From positions 1-27,915 of the IMG/VR virus record IMGVR_UViG_3300032074_000024: a DNA stretch of 27,915 nucleotides; one strand, written 5' to 3'. The notes beneath the pieces were generated by a model, which worked only from the letters and a program-made list of their open reading frames with translations, searched no databases and was not told the DNA's origin. The stretch is from a virus (lineage: Duplodnaviria; Caudoviricetes). This document shows, piece after piece, positions 1 to 8,037 of this stretch; the first letter of the stretch is position 1, and the number at the start of each line of letters is the position of its first letter. The position numbers and the translations under genes are program-made.

Positions 1-52
1 TGGAGCCAAGCGGGCGATTAACGTGGACATCTGATCGCGTGGGATTGGGCAT
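1..52 (-). CDS. Major capsid protein, 5' end only (MPNPTRSDVHVNRPLGS...)
   Basis: Not in the ORF track. ATG at 52 with AAGGA 9 nt upstream. The pattern PxPTxSDVHVxxPL is the typical N-terminus of MCPs found with XkdF protease/DUF2190 modules. Confidence 0.8.
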   Translation of the reverse strand, partial: MPNPTRSDVHVNRPLGS

Positions 53-72
53 AGGGGCAAATCCTTCTGAAA

Positions 73-111
73 GTGACAGGTTTGACAGCCACTATGCTGC
101 AAACCTGTGAC
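73..111. promoter_or_regulatory. Inverted repeat/hairpin in the MCP leader
   Basis: ACAGGTTTG(A)CAGC-cactat-GCTGCAAACCTGT, about 20 nt upstream of the MCP ATG. Confidence 0.55.
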
Positions 112-173
112 AAAATAAAAAAAGTTTGGGCCAAGAAGGCCTTCTGTCCCCACTTTGATTGCATCTAGGGGGG

Positions 174-187
174 CAGGGCAAGAAATA
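174..187 (-). promoter_or_regulatory. 14-bp intergenic motif TATTTCTTGCCCTG, copy 1 (upstream of MCP)
   Basis: Exact match to 20751-20764 upstream of the portal gene. Confidence 0.5.
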
Positions 188-193
188 GACCGA

Positions 194-904
194 TTATGAG
201 CTGCTTTGGGTGCAGGTCATGCTGACGAAGAAGGGCACAGAGCCAGCAAGGCTCTGGGTGAGGATGACAGCCAGGCCATAGCCAGGCGGCATGGTCCACA
301 GCTTTGCGCTCAAATCCGGCCGAGTGCCAATGTTGGCCGAGCCGTCATAGGCGGCATCCCAAATGAGGCTGGCATTGGCTGCCTTGCCTGTCACTGTAGC
401 GCCTGTGCGCACGGTATAGGCTCCATCCAGGCTGGCATCATCGGACGGGTCCAGACACATTGGGGTCAACAGCGTGCCCCCTGTGTGCCCAGTGATGCGA
501 TAGATGCCAAAGGGGACCTGCATATAGCTGGTGCTGGTGCCCAAGAGGCCCCCTGATGTGTTCACCTGGGGAGGACACTCCATAAAGATGCCGATCAGGC
601 GCATCCATGATGTGGCGCTGGCATTGAAGGCGCTAATCATCACCTTGCCTGAAGCTGTGCCTGTGGCCACGGTCGATTGGCTGGTGGCTATTGCCGTCAA
701 GCTGGCCCCGTTGTGGGTGATGACAGCCCCATCAGCATCCACAGCCAGAGCAGTGAGCTGGCCAGAGGGCGCAAGCCCGCCGATGGGCAGCCCCGCTGAT
801 TTGCCCGTTGACGCACCTGCTATGTTGGCCGTTGGCAGAGCTGAGCCAAAGGTGCCAGCACAGGGATTGCCTGAGGCATCGACAAGTAAGCTGAGATTAG
901 TCAT
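194..904 (-). CDS. Hypothetical virion-associated protein (Gly/Ala/Ser/Thr-rich)
   Basis: ATG at 904 (MTNLSLL) overlaps the upstream small ORF; beta-rich composition; structural gene context. Confidence 0.7.
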   Translation of the reverse strand: MTNLSLLVDASGNPCAGTFGSALPTANIAGASTGKSAGLPIGGLAPSGQLTALAVDADGAVITHNGASLTAIATSQSTVATGTASGKVMISAFNASATSWMRLIGIFMECPPQVNTSGGLLGTSTSYMQVPFGIYRITGHTGGTLLTPMCLDPSDDASLDGAYTVRTGATVTGKAANASLIWDAAYDGSANIGTRPDLSAKLWTMPPGYGLAVILTQSLAGSVPFFVSMTCTQSSS

Positions 905-1019
905 GCAAGGATCCAATCACATCGGACAGGCGGCGCCATAGGACCATGGCCACAGGCACCATGACAGGCGCGGCCAGGAAGGCCAAAGAGATGAAGAAGG
1001 CCCATTTGTGTGCGATCAT
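897..1019 (-). CDS. 40-aa single-pass membrane peptide
   Basis: MIAHKWAFFISLAFLAAPVMVPVAMVLWRRLSDVIGSLHD; ATGA overlap with the upstream stop, and its 3' end overlaps the next ATG. Confidence 0.6.
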   Translation of the reverse strand: MIAHKWAFFISLAFLAAPVMVPVAMVLWRRLSDVIGSLHD

Positions 1020-1582
1020 AGCCAAGTCCTGGTGATGGTGGGAGCAAAGACGCTCGAGGAATAGCTGAAGGTTTCGGTCAAGGTCCTGATGGCAACGTTC
1101 TGGCTGTAAAGCGTGTGTACTTTTTGCGACACCAGCACGCCTGCATAGGCAAAGCTTGTCTCAAAGAGCTTCACAGTGGCTGCGCTCGATGCGTACCACG
1201 TCACTTTGGAGGGCAGGCTGCCCACGCTGAGGGTCTTTCTGAAGGCACCAGAGGCGAAGCCCTCCCCAGGAGCTCCCAGCCAGTGGGCAAAATCGGCCAC
1301 GGAGGCGTGGGTGCCAGGCTTGCCCAACACGCTGGTGAGCAATTGGCCCAAGCCCACGCTCCCAGAGGGCACATCGGTGAAGCACAAAGTAGAATCAGAG
1401 GCCCGGCTGATGCAGACCTTGGCATCTGAGGCCGAAGATGTGGCGCCAGCCAGCTGCAGGCACAGCCCAAGAGCATCCAAATAGTCCTGGCCGATATTGG
1501 TCTCTGTGACACTTTCGTCTGTCTGGCCTCCTGCCTCAGAGACAGACTCAAGCTTCAAGGCTCTGATGCGCTCGATGGCCAT
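1016..1582 (-). CDS. Hypothetical phage structural protein
   Basis: 188-aa ORF tightly coupled to neighbours; beta-strand-rich C-terminus. Confidence 0.75.
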   Translation of the reverse strand: MAIERIRALKLESVSEAGGQTDESVTETNIGQDYLDALGLCLQLAGATSSASDAKVCISRASDSTLCFTDVPSGSVGLGQLLTSVLGKPGTHASVADFAHWLGAPGEGFASGAFRKTLSVGSLPSKVTWYASSAATVKLFETSFAYAGVLVSQKVHTLYSQNVAIRTLTETFSYSSSVFAPTITRTWL

Positions 1583-1584
1583 GC

Positions 1585-1872
1585 TTATCGCCTTGCAGCC
1601 GCTAGATGCTCCACATGCAGCGCTACCACGTAGCGCACAGGGGGCTGGGCATTGTCATTGGTGAACACTATGGCGCGATGGGGGGCCAAGCACATGCCAG
1701 CCAGCATCAGCCGCTCCTGAGCGCTGAGCCTCACGCCCACGCCACCATAGCGCATGGCATAGACCAGCTGGCCCGGATATCGGATAGATTCAACACTGAA
1801 GAAGCATGGTGGCCGAGGGGGCATGGGGGCAAGCCCCCCCGGTCCATAGCTTTTGCCAATGGGCGCCACCAT
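1585..1872 (-). CDS. Hypothetical protein
   Basis: 95 aa; TGATG overlap with the upstream gene and a 2-nt gap to the downstream gene. Confidence 0.6.
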   Translation of the reverse strand: MVAPIGKSYGPGGLAPMPPRPPCFFSVESIRYPGQLVYAMRYGGVGVRLSAQERLMLAGMCLAPHRAIVFTNDNAQPPVRYVVALHVEHLAAARR

Positions 1873-3137
1873 CAGGCAGACCGTTTGCCCATGTCATGCA
1901 GACAGACATCCAGATCCGTCGAATTGACGGCATAGCCCACGCGCACCAGGCGCAAAGAGGAGCCAGTGGGGATGGTGGCCGTCAAGCCGCCACCCACGGC
2001 CAGGTAGAGAGGCTGGCCAGGGATTGCGCCACTGAGGACACCCTTGAGGATGCCGCGCTTGATGATGGTGGCTGCGCCATTGGCATCGGTGGCGGCCTGA
2101 GCCAGACCGATGATGCGCGCCTGAGCATCAATGCCAGCATCCCCTCGAGCCAGGGTGTTGGCCGTCGAGCTCCAGGCCACAGGGTCGCCAGCTCTGAGGA
2201 CCGAGGCCGTCAAATGCTTGTCCCCCACAACCTTAGCGCTGATGACGCTGGCATGGGTGTGCAGGGCATCGGCCTCAGTGGCCTCACTCTGGGTGAGGGT
2301 GTTGAGATTGGCCGCCGATACGTTGGCCGTTGTGGCCTCGCCTGCCACAGTGAAGAGCCTGGGCACGCCCAGGACACCCAGGCCTGCAGCGTCACGCTGC
2401 AAGGTGGCCGCCGACGCGCCCTCATCCTTGAGCAGCGCCCTGAGGCCGCCACCATCCTTGAAGAGGCCGCCAGTGGGAGCCACCAAGGTGTCCAGGGAGC
2501 CAGCGCTGAATTGCAGGCCGCTCGAGGCTGCCAGGGCCACCGACAAGGTGTTGCCATTCTTGCTGATGCCAGGGCCTGTGAGGATCTCCCCAGCGCCAGT
2601 GAATTGGGTGAAGATGAGGGGATTGCTGCCAATCACATCATCTGGGGCATCGGTGGCACAGGTGAAGCCATTGTCTGCATAGGTGTCGCCACCCTCCACA
2701 AAACAGAAGGCAGAGGAGCCATGGGTCCCGGCGGCAAAGTCATCAGGGCGGGTCCAGCTGCCAGACTGCACCTGCCAAATGCCATTTTGCACGGCATCAT
2801 CCTGGCCCATGAGCAGCACGCGGTCGCCTGCGCTCACGGCCTTGCCATCAATGGTGCCTGTGCCAGAGAGGGTGCCCACAGGATTGGATGTGGCGGCCAC
2901 AACGGCCAGCTTCACGCTCAGGCCCTGGGCCACGCTGTCCACATAGGCCTTATTGGTGGCATCGAAAGCAGCTGAGGGCATGGCCAGGCCAGCAATGCGC
3001 TGGCCCTGGGCATTGATGCCGATGCCATCGAGGCCACTGAGGGCTACTTGGGCAAACGTGACCGAATCTGAAGACGGGTCAAATTCCTGATGGATGCCTT
3101 CATCGAAATTGAAGAATAGCGGCTTGCGCTCAGTCAT
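1872..3137 (-). CDS. Head decoration/fibre protein with C-terminal capsid-cement (DUF2190-like) domain
   Basis: DATNKAYVDSVAQGL...IDG..V.AGDRVLL..Q.....NGIW fibre motif; C-terminal AGDPVA...IIGLA...G...GQPLYL...VGYAV pattern. Confidence 0.75.
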   Translation of the reverse strand: MTERKPLFFNFDEGIHQEFDPSSDSVTFAQVALSGLDGIGINAQGQRIAGLAMPSAAFDATNKAYVDSVAQGLSVKLAVVAATSNPVGTLSGTGTIDGKAVSAGDRVLLMGQDDAVQNGIWQVQSGSWTRPDDFAAGTHGSSAFCFVEGGDTYADNGFTCATDAPDDVIGSNPLIFTQFTGAGEILTGPGISKNGNTLSVALAASSGLQFSAGSLDTLVAPTGGLFKDGGGLRALLKDEGASAATLQRDAAGLGVLGVPRLFTVAGEATTANVSAANLNTLTQSEATEADALHTHASVISAKVVGDKHLTASVLRAGDPVAWSSTANTLARGDAGIDAQARIIGLAQAATDANGAATIIKRGILKGVLSGAIPGQPLYLAVGGGLTATIPTGSSLRLVRVGYAVNSTDLDVCLHDMGKRSA

Positions 3138-3152
3138 CTGTAGCCCCTTTGG

Positions 3153-3533
3153 TCACTCTGGCTGGGTGATCTCCCCAGTCTCTGGATTGAAGACGTGCGT
3201 GCTCCAATCTATGCAATACCGTGATGCCAAGCTCCCCGCTAATTCTTTGGCTGCCTGGCGGGCCTGGCCCAGCTGGCGGTGGCGCTCTGCTTGCTCCTGC
3301 AAAAGCCCTTGGAGCAGCTTGTCATGCTCGAGCTTGAGGATGGCCAGCCTGTGGCCTGCATCGGACAAGGCGGCCTTGGCATCAAAGACCGTGCGCTCAG
3401 CCCTCTCCAGCGCCAGGATGTCCCAAGGGTCTAGGAATTTGGCCTCTGGGGAGCGGGCAGACTCGAGCAGCTTATTGACGCTCTCTTTGCTGAGGGTGAC
3501 GTGCTCCCCCATCTTGCGCTTGCGCTCAGCCAT
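3153..3533 (-). CDS. Hypothetical coiled-coil protein
   Basis: ATG at 3533 with AGGAGG RBS; helical, heptad-like sequence. Confidence 0.7.
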   Translation of the reverse strand: MAERKRKMGEHVTLSKESVNKLLESARSPEAKFLDPWDILALERAERTVFDAKAALSDAGHRLAILKLEHDKLLQGLLQEQAERHRQLGQARQAAKELAGSLASRYCIDWSTHVFNPETGEITQPE

Positions 3534-3735
3534 GAGCAGGCCTCCTGGCGACAGAGGCCCTGAAACCGATGGGCTGCTTGTCTGAGGGCAGCGTGGCATC
3601 TCGAGAAGCGCGGCCTGTCAAAATAGTGGCCCCATGCCGATGGACAATGCGGCGCATGGCCTCAGAGCTGCCAAATCTCTCTTCAGCGCACCTAAGCAGG
3701 TGCTCAATCTCTTCATGGGGATTGTCAAAGGTCAT
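3526..3735 (-). CDS. Hypothetical protein
   Basis: 69 aa, overlapping both neighbours. Confidence 0.55.
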   Translation of the reverse strand: MTFDNPHEEIEHLLRCAEERFGSSEAMRRIVHRHGATILTGRASRDATLPSDKQPIGFRASVARRPAHG

Positions 3736-4259
3736 CAGGCGACACTCCGTTTGATGAGAGGATAGCTGGGCTGGACAAGCAGGGTGTCCTCGGCCACAGC
3801 AAAGCCTATGAAATGGACATAGAGCAGGCCCTTCAAATCAAGAGGGGCAGGCACAATCCCCCCCTGAGGGCCCAGAAAATAGCGTTGGCCTGGCTGCAAT
3901 TGGCCAAAGACAGGCGCGATGCCGTGATGCACAACCTCAGCCACAGTCTCCCTGGTCTTGGCCGTTACCACGCCCAGCACAGGGCCTGGCTCCTGAGCTG
4001 TGAGCAGGCGCACAGAGCGCTGTGGCCCACCCAGGGTGCCCTGTGCGGTCAAATCTGAGCAGACGATATCCCCAGGCTTGACTGAGGCTTCGCACAGATA
4101 GAGCAGCCCACCATATTGGCCGATGTTCGGATCTGAATAGGGGACCTGGGGGATGGGAGCTGGCGTGTCCCGGATGAGGCTCTGGGAGGCATCCACCTGG
4201 TCATTGGCGAAGCTCCCTGTTGTGCTGTTAATGCCGCCTTGGGTGATCGTTAGCAGCAT
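3735..4259 (-). CDS. Capsid-cement/decoration-like protein
   Basis: KPGDIV...VLGVV...HG....GQLQPGQRYFLGPQGG...IGFAV pattern resembles the C-terminus of 1872..3137. Confidence 0.6.
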   Translation of the reverse strand: MLLTITQGGINSTTGSFANDQVDASQSLIRDTPAPIPQVPYSDPNIGQYGGLLYLCEASVKPGDIVCSDLTAQGTLGGPQRSVRLLTAQEPGPVLGVVTAKTRETVAEVVHHGIAPVFGQLQPGQRYFLGPQGGIVPAPLDLKGLLYVHFIGFAVAEDTLLVQPSYPLIKRSVA

Positions 4260-4310
4260 CAACCTGCCCCTGTCTGATGATTCTTGGCTCTGCTTTGCAG
4301 CGCTGATGCC

Positions 4311-5522
4311 TTAGGCAACAGAGAACAGCATCTGCATGTCAATGAAAATTGAGCCTGTCCCTGAGCCAGACACCAGCCAATAGTATTGCGTGTTTGCCAC
4401 CATGGGGTATTGGCTTGCGGTGTATGGCCCAAATGTTGTGATGGCATTGGCAGGGGCAGTCAAGGTGAGGATCTTGGTGCCCGCTGCGTTGGACAAGTAG
4501 ATCGTCAAGGCCGCCGCGTTGGTGTTGTTTGCAGTGACGGAATACACAGCGCCAGCTTTGGGGAATTTATAGGATTGAGCCACGGTGCTGCCACCAGCCG
4601 TGAGATTGATCTGTGTGGCCGTAAACGTCGTATTGGTCTTTTGCGCCGTGCCTACGCTTGAGACGTTATAGGACGGAGATGCAGCTGGCATCAGGTACAT
4701 GGGCTGCACCCAGATGTTGGCCGTGGCCGCGGTGGAAGATGTCACCTGCCAGACGTATTGGTGATTTGCCACCATCGGATATTGATTGACGGCAAATTGA
4801 CCAGCATTGCTGGTAAGGTTGCCTGTGGCAGACACCGAGTAAACGACAGAGCTCGTCGTTTGATCGACAAGCGACAGCGTTACAGCGCCGCCTGGGTTGG
4901 TGTAAGAAAGCCCCATCAAAGCGGAGCCATAGGTGGGGGCAAAAACCACAGGCTGGGTGGTCCCAGGGTACACGCCATTGACGGGGGTTGTGCCCACGGC
5001 AACGGTGCAGCTGAAGCTTGGGCCAAGGCCTACCGATTGTGACGTAAGCACATCAAGCGTAGGCCCTGGCGGGCCCACCAAGGAGATGGGCGCGGGCCAC
5101 ACGCCGTTGGCCCTTGGCCCTGAAAGCGTATTGGCCTGTTGGTCAATATAGCTGTCCCCATCAGCTTGCTTGGGGGGATTGCTGCTCGAGGCCGGTCCTG
5201 TGCCATAGCGCAAGATGGATCCGGCTGGCCCCATGAGATTGCTCGAGGGGGAAGCAGGCCAAGAAGCAGGCGCGGTCTTCGGTCCCCATAAATCGCCTGT
5301 GAGCGTGTCCACATAGGCGTTGCCCACAATACCTGTGCCTGCAGCTGGCGCACCCTGGCCAGCCAGGAGGCCAGGGCCTGTGGGCCCCACAATGCTGATG
5401 GCCGTACCAGCCCAGGTTGTGGTCTTAGGCCCCCACAAAAACCTATTGGCAGGATCAATGGCGTAATCATTTGCGGCGCCCACAGAATCATCAGGCTGCC
5501 CATAGCTGGTGAACATGGCCAT
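4311..5522 (-). CDS. Fibre/adhesin-like virion protein with N-terminal GxxP..GD.Y.D...GPK..W repeats and two C-terminal beta domains
   Basis: Three repeats with short GPxGP linkers; duplicated QYPMVANxQYxW motif. Confidence 0.75.
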   Translation of the reverse strand: MAMFTSYGQPDDSVGAANDYAIDPANRFLWGPKTTTWAGTAISIVGPTGPGLLAGQGAPAAGTGIVGNAYVDTLTGDLWGPKTAPASWPASPSSNLMGPAGSILRYGTGPASSSNPPKQADGDSYIDQQANTLSGPRANGVWPAPISLVGPPGPTLDVLTSQSVGLGPSFSCTVAVGTTPVNGVYPGTTQPVVFAPTYGSALMGLSYTNPGGAVTLSLVDQTTSSVVYSVSATGNLTSNAGQFAVNQYPMVANHQYVWQVTSSTAATANIWVQPMYLMPAASPSYNVSSVGTAQKTNTTFTATQINLTAGGSTVAQSYKFPKAGAVYSVTANNTNAAALTIYLSNAAGTKILTLTAPANAITTFGPYTASQYPMVANTQYYWLVSGSGTGSIFIDMQMLFSVA

Positions 5523-5532
5523 CAGATGGCTC

Positions 5533-6648
5533 CTATTGCACGGTGTTCATGGTGATGTAAACAGAGGCCGAGCCAGAGCCAGTCACGCTCCAGGTATAAT
5601 TGGTGGCAGCGGCCAGATAGGCTGTGCCAACACCGAAGGGCCCAAAGTTATAGACAGCACCATCGGCTGTGCCAGCCAGAGCTCCTGTGCTGAAGATGCC
5701 TCCAAAGTTGGCTGTGGCCGTCCCTGCCCCTGTTACCGTCACCTGGGCGCTGTAAAGATAAGAGCCAACGTTCTTGCGATAATACTGGGTGTTGCCCGTC
5801 AAGTTCGGCGCCGTCAACGTGAGCGCTGTTGTGCTCAAAGATGACGTGGGCAAGTAGAAGGGTGGGAAGCTCGACACAGACACTTGGGTGGAAGAGGGCA
5901 TCAAGTATTGCGGCGCGATGCTGGCATAGGCGGTGCCTGAGCCAGTGAGCTGCCAGACGTACGTGTGCCCCTGCACCATGGGGTACTGGGCGGCGCTGAA
6001 CATGCCCACGCTGTTGACCGTGCCCTTGGCCGCCGATGTTGAATAGACAGCCACACCAGCGGTCTGGTCATAGAGCGTGAAGGTCAAGCTGGCTGTGCTG
6101 TTGCCATAGCTGGTCACTGTGGCGCCCATGAAGGCCGAGGCCGTCTCAGGCACAAAGTAGCCAGCCAAGGTTGTGCCAGCCGCCGACATCACCTGGGCTG
6201 TGCCAGAGGCCGTCACGCCGCTCACCTGCACACCAGGGCCTCCACTGGCCACGTAGGTGCCAAGCTGAGGCTGGGCCTGGATGCTTGGGCCTGTGGGGCC
6301 AGTGATGGAGATGGGCGCGGCTGTCCAGCCCTGCAGCGTCTTTGGAGGGTAGAAGAAGCTGTTTTGAAGATCATAGTAGACGTCCCCCACAGAGCCTGTG
6401 GAGCTCTGTGGGGGACCGTTGCCAGACCGATTCAGGCCACCTGATACGGCAAAGCCTTCAGCGGGCCAAGAGCCATTGCGGCGCGGCCCAAACAACAGGT
6501 TGGGCACAACGTCTGTCTGGATGAAGAAATCTCCATCCATCTGAATGGCTGGATTGACTGCAGAAGGTGCCCCTGAGCCGCTGCGCAAGCCTGGGCTTGC
6601 CAGGCCTTGCGCGCCTTTCAGGGGGATGCCGTTAGACCAAGTGGGCAT
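5533..6648 (-). CDS. Fibre/adhesin-like virion protein, paralogue of 4311..5522
   Basis: Same repeats (DGDFFIQ..LFGPR...WP; VGDVYYD..FYPPK...W) plus QYPMVQGHTYVW and TNYTWSVTGSG motifs. Confidence 0.75.
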   Translation of the reverse strand: MPTWSNGIPLKGAQGLASPGLRSGSGAPSAVNPAIQMDGDFFIQTDVVPNLLFGPRRNGSWPAEGFAVSGGLNRSGNGPPQSSTGSVGDVYYDLQNSFFYPPKTLQGWTAAPISITGPTGPSIQAQPQLGTYVASGGPGVQVSGVTASGTAQVMSAAGTTLAGYFVPETASAFMGATVTSYGNSTASLTFTLYDQTAGVAVYSTSAAKGTVNSVGMFSAAQYPMVQGHTYVWQLTGSGTAYASIAPQYLMPSSTQVSVSSFPPFYLPTSSLSTTALTLTAPNLTGNTQYYRKNVGSYLYSAQVTVTGAGTATANFGGIFSTGALAGTADGAVYNFGPFGVGTAYLAAATNYTWSVTGSGSASVYITMNTVQ

Positions 6649-6678
6649 TGAAGGACCTCAGGCCGAAGGGGAATTGGA

Positions 6679-7215
6679 TCAAGCGCCCAGGATGTAGAGG
6701 GTGGGGCCACCCTCTGAAAGGTCATAATACAGATCACCTGCCACAGCTGGCGGCACAAAGGTGCTCAGATCCGCCGAAGGCGCGCCCTGGCCCGTATAGG
6801 TCTGGGTGCCGCGGGCCCCGTCTTGGCCGGCCGGGCCAACGTCACCCTGAGCGCCCTTGAAATTCTGGCCAGAGTCAATCCAGTCACCCTCAACATCGCG
6901 GGTCCAGACCTCGCCAGTGGCCTGAAAGTAGATCGCGCTGTGGCCCGCGCCCAGATCTGCCGTGGGTGCATCAGCGCCAGTAAAAAAGCTGCCATCCACA
7001 CCATTGATGCCCATAGGGCCTTGCAGGAGGGCACCATCGGTGGGCCAGCCCGCTTCGGTGCGCTGGTAGAATTTGAAGGTATCAGCGCTGAAAGCGCAAT
7101 CACCCACAACGGCCGATGCCGTCGCATCGGTGGGCGCGCCAGTCACAAAATAAATCTTGCTTCCAGCTTCGCCTTTGGCGCCCTTCAAAGAGATCGCATT
7201 GCCCCAAGTAGCCAT
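6679..7215 (-). CDS. Collagen-like repeat fibre protein
   Basis: KGAKGEAG and KGAQGDVGPAGQDGARG triplets; GAP...GD.Y repeats; AAAGGA RBS. Confidence 0.75.
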   Translation of the reverse strand: MATWGNAISLKGAKGEAGSKIYFVTGAPTDATASAVVGDCAFSADTFKFYQRTEAGWPTDGALLQGPMGINGVDGSFFTGADAPTADLGAGHSAIYFQATGEVWTRDVEGDWIDSGQNFKGAQGDVGPAGQDGARGTQTYTGQGAPSADLSTFVPPAVAGDLYYDLSEGGPTLYILGA

Positions 7216-7228
7216 GATCAAATGTCCT

Positions 7229-7561
7229 TTAAGACGCTCGGTGGAGCGCCATGTTGGTGATGTCTATATAGGCATCATTTACTGCAGGATTGAGGCTATC
7301 AGAGGGAGGACCTTCTCCCCAGAAAATCCGATTGCCAGAGCCTTGCCCACCAGAGCCTTCGGCGCCGATGAGCTGCTGGCCAGTCTTGGGCCAGGAGTCT
7401 CCCTGCTTGGGACCTGTGAGCACATAGGTGTCCAAATTCAGCCAGAAATCACCAAGGGTGCCAGCTGCATCAGGGGGCGCGCTGTGGCCGCTCAGGATCG
7501 TGTTGAAATAGCGGCTGGTGCCACGCGATCCTGGAATATAGATGGTCGTGCCTATGGCCAT
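7229..7561 (-). CDS. Small protein made of the same GxxP..GDxxxD..GPK..W repeat
   Basis: GTLGDFWLNLDTYVLTGPKQGDSWP; GEGPPSD...NDAYID; GAGGA RBS. Confidence 0.7.
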   Translation of the reverse strand: MAIGTTIYIPGSRGTSRYFNTILSGHSAPPDAAGTLGDFWLNLDTYVLTGPKQGDSWPKTGQQLIGAEGSGGQGSGNRIFWGEGPPSDSLNPAVNDAYIDITNMALHRAS

Positions 7562-7579
7562 GGGTCCTCACTTGGGCGC

Positions 7580-7615
7580 GGCTGAGAGCATGGCTTGCGC
7601 GCTATGCTCCCAGCC
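7580..7615. promoter_or_regulatory. 15-bp imperfect hairpin upstream of the fibre cassette
   Basis: GGCTGAGAGCATGGC-ttgcgc-GCTATGCTCCCAGCC, with no U-tract. Confidence 0.5.
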
Positions 7616-7630
7616 CTCAAGCCCAGGCAA

Positions 7631-8023
7631 TTAAGCCAGGATGTAAACGGTGGTAATGTCGCCTAAGACGGCCTGCTCAAGGGCTTGCGCCACAACAGTG
7701 TCACCGTCTGCAGCCAAAACAAAAGCGCCGTTGTCATCGAGCTTCAAAGAATCACCAGGAGCAAAGCTGCCGCCAGCTTTGGCTTGGCTGGTGCCTTTGC
7801 GCGTGAGCTCACAGGCCTCTCCCAAGATGGGATTGTTTTGCAGGACGCCGAAGAAGCTGCCACCAGCCGAGGGCTTCACAACGGCGGGATTGCCGCGGCC
7901 AGCGCCGACAATGTTTTTGGCCGTGCCAAGGTGGACGCCATAAAATTGATTGTCCGCCACAATGCTACGGTCATCATCACTGGACAGAAAGCCAATCTTC
8001 TCAAGGGGCTGTGCGTAGGACAT
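7631..8023 (-). CDS. Capsid cement/decoration protein (DUF2190-like)
   Basis: GVLQNNP..GE...G...AKAGG....GD.L..D..G....A...ALEQA..GDI pattern; follows the scaffold gene; AAGGAG RBS. Confidence 0.8.
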   Translation of the reverse strand: MSYAQPLEKIGFLSSDDDRSIVADNQFYGVHLGTAKNIVGAGRGNPAVVKPSAGGSFFGVLQNNPILGEACELTRKGTSQAKAGGSFAPGDSLKLDDNGAFVLAADGDTVVAQALEQAVLGDITTVYILA

Positions 8024-8037
8024 TTTCTGTGTCTCCT

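Noticed and set aside
1806-2975. Long plus-strand ORFs (e.g. 1806-2975, 9800-10648, 12741-13430, 15517-16179, 17090-17782)
   Set aside because: Antisense shadows of well-supported minus-strand genes in GC-rich DNA, with no recognisable motifs
4311-6648. Diversity-generating retroelement target/template repeats in the fibre genes
   Set aside because: No reverse transcriptase in the window; the repeats are diverged at all bases, not only adenines
7229-8023. Apparent absence of a major capsid gene, suggesting a capsid-less element
   Set aside because: An MCP-like N-terminus begins at position 52 and runs off the window edge
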